Origin: Blasia pusilla
Taxonomy: Eukaryota
Assembly (NCBI GenBank): GCA_050084515.1
Contig: CM114271.1
Location: 6,138,001 to 6,202,000 of the forward strand
Length of the DNA stretch: 64,000 bases
Reading direction: 5' to 3'
The notes beneath the pieces were generated by a model that made no database searches, was not told where the DNA came from, and saw nothing but the letters and a program-made list of their open reading frames with translations. Position numbers and translations under genes: made by a program. Positions within the stretch are counted from its first letter, which is position 1, and every line of letters starts with the position of its first letter. Of this stretch, positions 13,117-25,684 are shown piece by piece.

Positions 13117-16100
13117 GTCAAGGCAGTGCGCCAGAGGCCATTAGTGACCCAAATTCTATTTATATTTGTAAGATCCATATGACTGTAGTGTAGATACGAA
13201 ACACCCGTGAACATGGAGAGTAAGTAGCTACGTACTTAAATATTTGTTGGATTGGATTAGGGACGCGGACGGACAATCTACTAATTGGCCTACGGTCTTA
13301 ATGACCGACCTACGAAGGAAGGGAAAATCCTACTTGCCTAAGTTGCCTGCCCGCCCTCATTAAAAAATAATTAATTAACAAACTACGCACCGCTCTATAA
13401 AGCGCCACCTTCATTCATTGAAGCGTCCAACTCCAGACCGCGGAAGGACTTCTGGACACGTGTCGGCTCCCACCGATTACGTTTTCACGATCTCGTTGTT
13501 TACGGGAGCAGCGGGGATGCCCGTGGGGCCTCGGCCTGTTTGCCTCGTGGGTTTTCAGCGGGGAGCGCAGCCGGTGGGCGTGCTACCACGGTCGCGGGGA
13601 TGACCGGCGATTAAAGCAGTGTCTTGGCTTTTCGTGTCGTATCTCGGAGCCACCGTTATGTTCTTATATCGTGGGGACAGAGGAAGAAAATGTCGGAGGC
13701 GTACTGTTCCGTATATTTAGAGGCGAATGTGGCATGGTAAGAAGTACGCCGCGAAGTTAGGGACGCTTATAATAGAGAGTCTAGCGACACAAGTAACTTG
13801 AAGTGAGGGGGCTTAGCTTATGAGTGGCGGAACGTTCGGTCAGGGAATCCGAGTCTCAGAGTCCGTGGCACCCCCCCCTCCACTCGACTTAGACTTAGAG
13901 CAACGTTCAGCTCGGTTATCGAGGTGAGCTGGAATAAGTGGATTTTTATTTACTCGCCTCTAAGTTATCAGTAAGACTTAAGGAGAATATACGATCTTCC
14001 GATGAGATATAAACAACAAACAAACATTCGAGTTTGTGAGAGGAGATTCGCGGATCATGGAGCAAGAGAATTAATTTTGTCTTGCTGGTCTAATAGTCCA
14101 CTTTTCCCCACTTCTAAGTTGATTCTCTTAGTTCTGACTGTTTGTCCATTTATTTTATCTACTCTAAACCATTATTGAACGAGAGATGTAACTCTTATCC
14201 TCACGTTGGAAATTAAAGTCGACCACAAGTTCCGGATGTCACCGATTGTGAAATCATTTGGTTGAAACTTCCAAGTGTTGTTAGAATAGGAGTGAGATTT
14301 TCCATTTTATTTAGTAGTTGGGATTCCACCTAAATTTATATTATTATTATTGGAGATTGCCTTTTCATTTCGCAGTTTTTTCCCATCTATGTTTGAGGTT
14401 GAGATTTCCTGTCAATGTGATAATTCACATTTTGAACAATAAGATCTTTCAAAATTACTTGAAGATATCACTTAAAAAATTTTCGGGTTAATCACGGGAA
14501 GCAATTAAAATCAGTGTATGATGCAAGTGATGGTAAAAGGGGAGTCCGAAATGAGACAACACTTCATAACTTTCGTATGAAATGCTCTAGGAATGAGACA
14601 CCCTACCTATATACTTGATATGAATGTTTGTTTACTTGAAAGTGAGATGCTCAAAGAGAAGAAGGACTTGATTGTAGATATTAAAATATCCACCATGGAC
14701 ACCCTAACTCAATTCTCCTCTTCTACCATGCAGCCCCACTTATGGAACATTTTGTATTGGGATCATAACCACAAAGATATGCCACCCCAATTACCCCCAT
14801 CTTCCCATATCGGAGCCCACTACACACCACCCGCTGCCCGCTTCCCTTGCATCTTAGCATCCCCATACCCCAAGAAAGAAAGAAAAAATATCTCCTTTGG
14901 GTGATGCAGCGATTCTCATGGTGACACCAACGCCACAAAGGCACGTACTAACTACTTCTTGCATATAACATCTTCCGGATACCAACCATTCCTTTCGTAA
15001 TTTTCCCCTCACTACCACTTCAACATCGGCCTTTATCTCGTTGATGTAGACCTTCTTGAGTTTGAATAGGTCTGCACCTTCCGGCGATGAGTCATGGAGT
15101 GCAAGTGAATCTTCAAGTGTAGGATCATGGGATTCCTTTCTAGGGAAAGAACGGAAACGAGGAGCCTTGAAAGGAGTGAAAATTACTCGTTGGATGGAGA
15201 AATTAAAAGTGCCTAAGATAATTACTCGTTTACTAGTTGGATGGAAAAACGCCGATCTTAGGAGACAGCGAGGAAGATAATTACGAGTGCATAAGGGATA
15301 CTAATAAAAAAGTAAAAAAAATGCTAAGATGGAGACAAAAAAGAATCTTAAAGTTGAAAAAAAACCCTAAGGTTCAGGAAATGAAAGCATCTCCTTAGGG
15401 GTTGCGTAAAGTGATTGGCAAGGACGCTTGAAAAATGCCGACTTTTTTTCATGCACAAATGTTGCAAAACCAAAGGCGTGACAAGGTCCATTATTTGTGA
15501 CGCGTAAGTAATAAAACCAAAACAAGTGTCGAATAAAATGGAAACACTTGGTAGCCCCTCTGAGCTAGGCATGCCATTTGACGTCGAAATGACAATTTTC
15601 CACATGCGACAATAAAGCTGCCTTTTCCTAGCGCCACTCCACGCTCGCTAAAGGAACGTGTTTTCCGAGAGGGAAACTCAGTTCATTTCGAGATGTTCTT
15701 GTTATTATTTTAATTTTTTTTTACATAGGACAAAGAGAAATAGAAAAATAGAACCCGACTAAGGTAGTGGAGGAGATGCTCTTATGAAAAAGGATGTAAA
15801 AATTCAGATATATTTGGAAAGAAAACCAACATGTCCTAGTAGGCAGGAAATCTGCGAGGAAATCTGCAAGGGCCTGTCTGGAGATAAGATAGTTGCAACG
15901 ACGTGGATTGAATGAATCGAACGGTTTTCGAAATTCGTCTTCCCCACGGGACCGCGAGTGAGATTCTTCTCTCTCTCTCTCTCTATTTTTTTACGAGTGG
16001 TAAAGGGAAAAATTCGCGCTGTGGCTTATCTTTCATCACGAAGGGGATAGATACCCTATGGGCTATGATTGATGTCACGCTTCGGCATATAAAGTGCAGT

Positions 16101-16720
16101 ACTGCCTGTGAGACCATGAGACAATGACAGCGCACATCGGAAACCTCGGAGGCTAGGCGATGGGTGATCCAACGGCCCAATTTGAAAGATCGATGGATCG
16201 CGGTTGGCGGAGAGAGGTCTGGTTGGGTTAGTAGCCGGTGACAGCGACGGGCAGAATCAGGTGCTAGACTCCAGGTTCCTGACGGTTCCCCCACGGCCCC
16301 AACCCGCACGCATCGGGTGGCTGGGCCGGGCGGAGCGGGCAGGGGCAGGAAAGGAAAGGAAATGAAGCGCAGCTGGAGCGGGCGGCGCATGCACAAGAGA
16401 GGGGAGCGGGGAGTCACTGTGAGGGATGAGCGAACGAAGCTCTTCACTGTGCGCCGAAGAAGAAGGAGCCCCGGTGTGGGGAGGGGTAGGGGATAGCGCC
16501 GAGGAAATAGACGTGACCGTCGAGTGGCATTTGCGATGAGCGAGCGGAGCAGAGCGTAGCATAAGTGCTACTTCACTTGCCTGCGATTGTGCTTTCGACG
16601 TTTGCAGAAGCAGATTTGGCGACGCAGGTGGGAGCAAGAGGAGAATCAATCACAAGGGTTCGGAGCCGGGATTGGCGAACTTGGCACTGTCTGCGAGGGG
16701 GAGGGAAGCAAGGAGCAGCT

Positions 16721-19018
16721 ATGCCTTCCGGCCCGAAGAAACGCATGAGAGCCAGGAGGAAGAAGCAAGGCTCTCCCACGACAGATGGTAATTCAGGTGC
16801 GCGTGGCCTTCTGACTTGAACGTGATTTTTTGAAAATGGATTGTGCAGAGCGGGAAGGATGCGTTGTACAGCTAGACAGGAGGAAGAAAGATGGTGCGGG
16901 GTTGCATGCTTAGAAAGTCTGGCGTGTGTGCAGCTACCTTCGTGAGTCGGATCGGTGTCATGCTATTCTTGGTCGTTCGTAAGTTGGTAGCATCGTTTAG
17001 TTTCAATTGGCTGAAGTGAGCGAGGTTTTTATTGTCGAATGTAACAGACAGGGAGACGGAAGGTCTTTCCATCGCTGGATCGATGGACGTAGACGAACTT
17101 GAACAAGAAGATGTAGATACTCCTACTCCGACTAAACCTGGTAATCGTCCAATACTTCCTAACTTCGGCGACAAAGATGCGGTTTCCTCCCAAACTGAGG
17201 AATGGGTGCGAGTTTCCGATTTTGAAGTGGGAACTCCAACTTCACAGACAGGGGAGAATGAGCCATTATCTGAAGACACAGATATTAGTAGTGTCAGAAG
17301 ATCGTTGGATAAATTGGCAGAATGGGAGACAGTATCAGGGCACAATCTTCCTGATAGAAAAGCTGGCTCGATTAACAGCTTAGAGGAGGAGCCTTCCGAA
17401 GTTGAGATCGAGGAGAGTGTTCTCGAGGGAGCTTCAGGTCACTCCAGCGAAAGCTTTACTCATTTGCCGTCTCCACACCCGGTGGGAGGGAAGGAGCGTG
17501 AGAGCGATACGAGAAGCTTTGGAAGTGATAGCTCAAGCAATAGCAGCAGTAGCAGCAGTTCCGATGCGCATTCGAAGCCCCCTACTTCCAAGGTTCCACG
17601 TCCGTCAAGTGCTGGTCCTGCCAACGGTGGAGGCAAGGTGTCGTCTCTGAGTTTCGAGTCCGTGGTTGCTATGGACGATGGGGATGAGAAGCAGATAATA
17701 AGATCCAATGGAGATCCTGTGGAGAAAGAAGTGGTGCATGAAGGTGATGAATCCGCCTCGATAGCCAATGTGAGCGTGCTGGAGGAGGGGGAGATGGAGG
17801 TTGACGAAGGCGCGGAGCTAGAGGGTACACATCCGCAGTCTGTGAATTCAGTCGCCGAGGATAGATCGGAGCCATCTGCGGCTGGACGCGAAGTTGATGA
17901 AGTTGCAGTAAGCCCCGTGGAAACAATCACAGTTTCCGAACTCTCTGATGTAAAAGACATCAATGAAGCGGACTCTTGTTCGGACACTCCGATAGAGATT
18001 CCTGTCTTGAAGACGGACGATCGTCTTCAAGACAGCAGTTCGGGTCAGGAAAAGCAAATAGCAGTTGTGCGTGAAGATTCAGTAGTCGACGATGAAGCAG
18101 TTTCTGCTTCGTGTGTTGCTGAATCACTGGATGTAGACCAGGGACTTACTGAGAGCTCGGTCGAACCGATCGCAGCCCTCACACCTGCCGACGAGAAAGA
18201 GATATCTGCATCTGGTGCCAAAGACATCAGCGAAGTGGACACACCTTTAGGGCTTCCGATGGAGTATTCCGGTACCATTGTGGAAACCCCTGATGAGGAT
18301 AAGGAGGTTCTTTCTTTAACAGAAGAAAGTGGAGCTGCCAGCGATCAAGTTAACGGTACTCGAGAAGATGAGAAGATACTTGTATCCTTCATTGAGGAAT
18401 CCAGCAGACTTGTGGGTGCTTTGACTGCTGGAGAGAATGTACGTAGCGAAGATAAAGAGGTGTCTTCTCACCTCAGTGAAGAGAGACTCGAAGAAAACAG
18501 GAGTATCACCTCTTCAAACTCCATTATTACATTTGAAGAAAAGGAAGCTGCCTCATCGAGTGTGGACCCCAGAGATGAAGGAGTAGGTGGAAATGTCCCC
18601 GAATTTGAGTTTGCATCGGCAATCCATGAGAAGCCTCGAATTCCTGGGGATCCAGTAGAACTAACTCTCGACACCGTTTCATCGAAACCCTTAGCCCCGT
18701 TGGATGGGCTTCCTGACCCCACCTCCCTTGTGGAGGAGAGGTGCAACACAGTTGAATCATCTCAACCTGCCAAGAATGGGGTGAGTTGACATTTACTGGC
18801 TGTCTTTATTTCAAGGCTTCAGCCACTTTTTTAACTCAATGCGTATGAATTCCTTACTTTTACCTGAATGACGAAGTGCTTGTACAGGATGCAATCTAAT
18901 GTCTGAACACTGTCTGCGTGTGCAGATTTTGACTGACAACATGAGACCTCACTTGGAACCAAAGTCACTGTCAGGATGCTGCGGTGTAATTTACTGGTTG
19001 CTTGGAAAGGACCAATGA
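16721..19018 (+). CDS. Uncharacterised acidic, probably disordered plant protein of the 'MPSGxKKR...GCCG' type; 3 exons 16721-16796, 17048-18780, 18926-19018
   Basis: The N-terminus MPSGPKKRMRARRKKQ and the C-terminus KSLSGCCGVIYWLLGKDQ* resemble a plant family with MPSGAKKRK and SCCG ends. GT-AG introns keep the frame (phases 1 and 0), and the 585-aa E/S/D-rich ORF corresponds to exon 2. Confidence 0.8.
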
Positions 19019-20552
19019 GTTTTCAATGGATTGTTAGGTATGGTAAATTTAGAAGAGCTCTGTCTGTCTCCGTGCCCGTCTTCCTGTCTACTACTACGGA
19101 AGTTGTTCAGTATGGTAGTCCTTTTTTCGCTTCGACTCTTCAAAGATACGAGTCCCAGAAAGATGGAAGCAATCATATATGCAGAAGGCCAGGCCCTACA
19201 CTTGCTGCTATTATGGGCATGGAGTGCTGTGTATTCTTTTGGATATGAGGGTGAATTAGGGATGAAAATTTTGCACAGGTGGCATGTCCAATGATATGGT
19301 TTTTTCCTTGTTTCTAGAGTTGTTACAGTGAGGGTTGGAGAAGTTTTCTTTCCTTCAGGAGGCTTACATAGCTGCTGTGTACAGTTGTTAGAGCTTCAAT
19401 TCTCCACCTAAAGTGGACGAGTCTTCATCTTGCCGAATTTCCCTTCTCTATTATTCCCGGAAGTGCTGAAGCTGCACATGCCGGGCCTTGAGTTCATTTA
19501 CCCTCTTTTTTGCTTTACCATATTGGTAGCAGATCTGCTGTCGAGTAGATGAGGAGTTAATATATTATAGGAACATTTGTAGGGGGGAGCACCTTTCTCA
19601 CAATACTGTACACCAAGCGCCTCAGGTAGCTCGTTTCGTATTAAATATGTAAATGTTGTCGACCTTCCTTCTGTGTGTACATATTTTCAAATAAATTTTT
19701 CTATGGCTTCTGGCTGGATGCATATGACAACTCAGGGGTTATGTGGTGTTGGTCATGATGGTCCCTCTCTCTGTCTCTGTCTCTTTCTCTTTCTCTAGAA
19801 ACTCTGTTCTTCTTGCTCGTTTGTGCTCAAAAGAGAGTATGGCTTCACCTTGGAGGCAGGATTTTTGGCTGTCCTGCATGCCCTAGGGTTCAGAGTTGAG
19901 TTGTTTAATAGATTTTGATCATGTATTGATCATAGTTCGAGTATCTTCAATGTCCAAAATCTATTTGCACCGGCAGCCTGAAGATTAATATGCGTATTGA
20001 CTAATGATTATAAAAATTTATCTTGAAGTTTTTGTGTCACCTGATTGAGGGATTCAAGGGCGTCTTTTGTTTTCCCCTGTGCCTATGTGTATCTGGTGTC
20101 CCGTGGTCTGCATTTCATTTTGTCTGGATGTCGCTCAGCTCTTAAATTATGTGGGGAAAGATTCTGTTAACCTCATTATCTCTGTTTCAGTTTTTGGGTG
20201 GCACTATTTCTGCTTGGACATCTGTCATTGTTTTACCTCAGGTTTCGATGTGGTTAATCTCATCGAACAGGTGATGCAAGATGATGGGTCTTCATTCCAA
20301 ATTTTCCCCTATTTGAGTGGTCGCCGTATGATACTACGTCTCCTTAGTATCACATCACACGGTGGCCCTGGTATGTTTGCGATCCTTGATTGTCTGGAAA
20401 TGGATTGGGTTGGAGGACCCTGAAACGATGACACGGCAGAGCCACCTCACCTTAGACAAACACACATCCTGGAACTTGAGTACTAGGGGGTGTCATAATA
20501 CCCCCTGTCCGGGGTTTTAGGGGCCCCCGGATCTCTCTATCCGTATTCCGGA

Positions 20553-20612
20553 GGACTCGCAGGATCCCAAACGGGTAGCTTCCGATCTACCCTTTTGGGA
20601 TCCTGCGAGTCC
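20553..20612. repeat. 26-bp inverted repeat (1 mismatch) with an 8-nt loop
   Basis: ggactcgcaggatcccaaacgggtag-cttccgat-ctacccttttgggatcctgcgagtcc. Confidence 0.9.
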
Positions 20613-21797
20613 CAGAACCGCGTCTGGAAATGGTTTTGAAGCAACCAGATAAAAGCTGCCTGTGGTGTTATCTAATTCAGCGTAAAGCGATACGGATGAA
20701 CCTTCGCGTGTTGAATTCTTGGCGCTGTGATGAAATTCCTCCTAAATTTGAAAAGATGCCCAAACGCAGGATGTCCAAAACGAATTAGCGAGGCATGACT
20801 ATGGATTGGGTGTTGTAATTGCAGACTGATAAATATGGCTGGGCCTAAACGAAAATACCGGGATTACAGCCACTCGTGCGAAGTCCGATCGCTACCTGTG
20901 TTACGGGTATAGGCGTATTGATCATAACTTTGAACGTGGCGTTGGGGTAATGACCGGACGTGGTTTGACAAACGACAGTCATTCCCGCAACATGCTCCAG
21001 TACTGTCGACCCATCTGAAGGGTAATGTGAAACTTACGGATACTCCTCTAGAATCGTAATTCAGTCGAATATAAATCGACAACCTTAACGGTCCATACAT
21101 CTTAGGTGTCATCGCATGCTTGCATGGTAAGTGACGCCAAACGCTTGTATTTTGTAGTACCGAAAACCTTACATGACATCAAAGTCCAATCACATAAAAT
21201 ATAATGAATGGGTCATCGAGTGAAAATTTAATGAATTTGTCATCCACCATGATATATAGTATAAATTGAAGCTCTTGAAAGCCCATGTTCCAAGTTGTCA
21301 TCTCACGTTCTCGGGCATTGCTTGCATGGTAAGCGACGGGGAGAGCTTGTAATTTGTAGTATGATCTTATATGATGTCAAAATCCAATCACTTAAAATAT
21401 ATTGGCCCATGAAATACTAATGAAATTTTCATCTACCATGAAAATATAGTATACTTGCATGTAAGTCAATCTCTACATTGTTAAAACAAAGTGTGAAGTT
21501 GAAAGTGAATGAAGGAGAACTTCTGCATTCCAACATTCTTGATTTATGTCAAAATTACGAGTGAAAGTTTGAGATTCTAAGTGGGTTTGATGATGTTAGG
21601 ACAATCAATGTCAAAATTGCGAGTTAAAGTTTGAGATTCTCAGAGGGTTGGAGGATGTCAGGACAATCATGCAGAAGAAAGGTCTCTACTCAGTTGGGCT
21701 TTAATTAAAGCCCTCTTCAAGTTTACAGTTGTAGAAGTTCATATATGTTTATTGGATCAATGGGTGGGAAATATGTCCGGCGGACACTCTACGTTAG

Positions 21798-22799
21798 TGT
21801 CGCGACCCTCATGAACAAACAAGTGCCAAGCGGAACATCGGAACATTAGCGGACTCACGCTAAGATGGTTTGCGCGTTGGAGTTGTCTCAAAGAGGAGAC
21901 AAGAGACGAGACGCGAGCGAGGAGTTGTGTTTCAGATGTTATGGTCGCGATTCAGAAACCTGGACCAAACGCGGAATGAGACTTGAAAGAAGTCGAGTCT
22001 AGGAAGTGGGTTGCCAAAGGAAAGATCCGGATTTGGAACGCCACTAGCGTTTGAGAGTTTCCGACTGTATTTATGGCCATAACTTTTAGCGCCAAGATGC
22101 GTTTGAAACGAATAAGGGTGCATTGGAAAGCTTATGGAGAGCCGGTTCAAACGCATCAAAGATCGCTGCAAACGCACAAGCAGCGGCCGAGATACAACCC
22201 GAAAACGATTGTAAGTGGAGTCGGGTTGAGGGCCACAATGAAGGGCCCGACCCTCTTTTCCCAAAGGGGAGGGGTTATTGGAGAACCCCAGAAGTACTAG
22301 TAAGGGGGTAGGTCTCCGAGAATGCTTGGAACCCAAACCCCACTTTGGGCGCTGCGGGGCGGCTCAAGGGTATGGAACGGAACGCGAGTTTGGACGTTGG
22401 GTTAGAAAACCTGCACCAAGTCCATTGAGGCGATTTTAGACATCCCTCTTGGATTTCACACCGCGACTCAATTACTTGGGTCTCGGTTCGGAACTCACCC
22501 GAGGACCGTTGAACAGTTGGGATCGCTAGGCGCGCAAGTGCCGTTTCAAATCCCTGGACTAACTAGGAAGTCTGTTCCAAGTCTTGAAGGACTTGCCATG
22601 TTATGGAAGCTAGGAACTAAGGAAGGTTAAGCTTGATGAGACGCCGAGTTGAGGACTCGGTGGGTTGGAACGCTGGTTGGCCAGACCCGACTAACGAGAG
22701 TGCGTGTTTGGGTGCAGATCGACGATGAGTTCGTGACCTACTGAACGTACGCTTCCGTAACACTAAAGATTGACGTTCAAGGAGAGTAGGGGCGCGACA
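21798..22799 (-). mobile_element. Solo LTR (~1 kb), family X, inverted relative to the other two copies
   Basis: TGTCGCGA...GCGCGACA termini; near-TSD gttag/gtttg; reverse-complement homology to 23716-24734 and 43802-44831. Confidence 0.8.
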
Positions 22800-23705
22800 G
22801 TTTGGGTATTGTTTAACCTTAAGAAGTGTAGTTATAAGTTGGGGTTTCAATTTAGGAACCTATAGTTTTCTTTTTCATTACTAGAGTTTGAACACAAAGG
22901 AGTGACCAATAAAGCATATGAGCTTGGTAAGCGTTCATCAATTATTTGTTGAGAGTGGTGGTAGTAAGATATTATTGTAATAGGATGATTCAACACTAGA
23001 ACATTACGTGAGCGTACTTACTAGTGAATATAGTAAACCAACGTAGAGGAATAGGATGACACGAATTTGATATAAGAATGTGGGAGACTATTTATAAGAA
23101 GCAACTCCAAGCAAGGGACATCAAACAATCAGCCCAATCTAAAGTTATGATGGGCCATATTGAAAAGAAAAGATAAATTCTTTCATGAATTAACTTTACC
23201 AACCTTCCATATAATGTTCATTACAAGAATCAAAATTGAACTCTAAAAAAGAAGAGTTCTTGTAATAACCATATACAATTGATTTGACCATTGATTAACT
23301 AAACCACATTGCAATGCAACGAAGATATGTTTTAATATAATAAACGAACTTCTAAATCCTGAATTCAAAATTTCAACTCCAAACCCATTTCTCAAAGAGA
23401 AGAATTGAGTAGACAATTGATTCATGAAACCATATTGCAATGCAGTGAAGATATATTTTAGTATAATAATTTTTTTTCTAAATCATAAATTTAAAGTCCA
23501 ATTCTTAAAGAGAAGAATTGAGAATACTCAATGAGGAACGCTTAAAACCTCTCAACCATCACACTAAAAATCATTATATAAGAACAATTAATAGGCACCA
23601 CCCCTTGTTTAACATAATAACATTACTTTTAGCAAAGATGTAATTAATGAAAATCTATGCTATTAAGAGCAAATATTTACGACCCCTATCACTAAGCCTT
23701 ATTAT

Positions 23706-25058
23706 CAAGGTTGCATGTTGCGCGCCTACTCTCCTTGAACGTAAATATTTAGTGTTTTGGAAGCGTGCGTTCAGTAGGACACGCTCCCAATCCTGATCTA
23801 CACCCAAACACGCACTCTCCTTGGTCGGATTTGGGTCAATCAACGTTCTAACTTTCTGAGTTCTCGACTCCGCCTCTCATCAAGCTCAACTTTTCTAGTT
23901 TCGCGGTTTACAACATAGGCAAGTCTTTCAAGACTAGGGATAGACTTTCTGGTTGGTTCCGGAACCTTGAAGGGCGTTTGTATGCCTGGCAGTCCCAATT
24001 GTCCTATGTACATCCAATGAGTTCCTAATCGCGACTCACAAAAATGAGGCGCGCGTTGGAATCCAAGAGTGGCTTAAGAAATCCACTCCCTTGGATTAGG
24101 TTCGGGTTTCGAGTTCCCACGCCAAACTCTCCTTCCATCCCGTGCCCTTGAGACGCCGTTTGGCGCTCAAAATGGGGTTCGGGTTCCAAGAATCCTTGGA
24201 GACTCTTCCCCTTTACTAGTACTTCTGGGGATCTCTGCCATCCCCCTAACTTTGGGGAAACACAATCAAGCCTCTCATTTTGGCCCTCAACCCGACTCCT
24301 CATACAGTCATTTTCGGCAAATATCTCAAGCTTTTCTTGAGCGTTTTCTGAGATTTTTGGTGCGTTGTAATTTTCTTTGCATTAGCTTTCCAACGCCACC
24401 TTATTTGTTCCAAACTCATCTTAGGAATAAACGTTATGGTCCAAAACACAATCAAAATCCCCAAACGCCAGTCGTGTTCCAAATCTGGTTCTCACATCTT
24501 TGGCAACCAACCTTCCTAGACTCAACTCATCTCAAGTCTTGGTTCACGTTCGATCCAGGTTTCTTGGCCTCGACCATAAAGGCATGAAACGTACAAACTC
24601 TATTGCATGTTTCGTCTCTTGGAATTTTCCAAGAGATCTCTCCACAACGCAATCATCGTAGCGTGAACTCACTAAAGGTCTGATGTTTTGCTTGGCATCT
24701 ATTTGGTGTTCGTTTGGTTATGAGGGTCGTGACATTGCATATGGATAAAATCCGTATTTGTGGATATGTCCATGTCCGTGGACTTACGTCCGTTCTATAG
24801 AAGGATTTGCCCATGTGGGCCCCATCTCCCCATTCTTTCTCATTCCTCCATTTACCTTTGTGATCCACACTTTCTCATTTCTTCTTTCTTCTATTACTAC
24901 TCCCTCCCCCCATATTGCCCCGCACGTCCTTGCCTTGCCTTCCACCGTGAACTATAAGTATGGGTCCCACCTTTTGCAATCCATGCTAGTAGACATGTCC
25001 AAACTTGTCCTTCCATGTCCGTCCTAGGGAGGAGCTTGTCCGTTTTTGTGCAACCATG
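23706..25058 (+). mobile_element. hAT-type MITE interrupted at its left TIR by a solo LTR
   Basis: TIRs caaggttgca / tgcaaccatg and a perfect 8-bp TSD CTTATTAT (23698-23705, 25059-25066). The body (24740-25058) is homologous to 47423-47735. Confidence 0.88.
23716..24734 (+). mobile_element. Solo LTR (~1 kb), family X
   Basis: TGTTGCGCG...GTCGTGACA with a perfect 5-bp TSD TTGCA (23711-23715, 24735-24739). Confidence 0.9.
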
Positions 25059-25316
25059 CTTATTATGTGGATCTCTTTCTCCTCTTGCTACTTTTCTAGT
25101 CAAATCAGGGTGCAATTTGATTTTGATTGAAAAGGTTGTAGAATGCAACTTGTTCTCTTGGACTTGCTTCACCATGAGATTGACTAGAGATGTAAACCAA
25201 ATTTCATGTCATCCTCAATCTCTCCACTTTGTGATAGTATTTTCTATTTTTCCCTCCCCAGGAAACGAATATCTAAAAAAATTGGATTGCATAGTGGTTT
25301 CTTGCTTTGTGAAGAG

Positions 25317-25684
25317 TGTCATGACCATACGGATTATGTCGTAGAGTATAGTGTGCTAGTAGAGGCCATTCCTTATGAAGGACCGTAGTGGCTTTGTAGA
25401 GATGCGGTTCCATACATAGAGTTGGGGGTTACTCAGTTGGGGGTGAGTTTCCCAGTAGGGCCCGCTCTTAGGTTGGAGGATATAAAGTGGAGTGCACTCA
25501 AAGAACAATCAGTTCTTTGAGTTGAGCCTGTTGCGTTGGGAGTTAGCCTTGGTAGTGAGTAGAGCTCTTGGCTATGGTGTTTCCCGCAAGCTTCGACCTA
25601 GATTCTCCCATCGTGGAGTGGGTTTGGCTCGATTGTATGTGATTGTATACGTGTTTTATGACAGTAGGTCTTTCACGGATTTCA
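25317..25684 (+). repeat. Terminal repeat A1
   Basis: Near-identical to 33860-34225. Confidence 0.93.
25481..25521 (+). promoter_or_regulatory. Putative TATA box and transcription start inside repeat A
   Basis: TATAAA at 25481 and a pyrimidine-purine start (TC|A) at 25511, 30 nt downstream. The spacing is the same in copy 1. Confidence 0.55.

Noticed and set aside
13390-13620. TATA-like box followed by GC-rich sequence as an RNA gene
   Set aside because: I recognise no ncRNA, miRNA or ORF there; it cannot be supported without expression data.
16490-16500. GGGATAGCGCC match to the 3' half of miR390
   Set aside because: Only 11 nt match and there is no precursor hairpin.
17460-18749. Antisense ORFs over the MPSG exon (and likewise over TFIIIC exons)
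   Set aside because: They are shadows of the coding strand with no independent motifs.
21110-21670. Short local duplications here and at 10560-10985, 23300-23525 and 41605-41660 as CRISPR-like arrays
   Set aside because: They have only two diverged copies each, no repeat-spacer structure, and a eukaryotic context.
25317-25663. Alternative LTR ending at ...TTTTATGACA (inverted to TGTCAT)
   Set aside because: Homology between A1 and A2 continues 21 bp further to GGATTTCA, no TSD follows this point at the 3' copy, and the PBS candidate abuts GGATTTCA.
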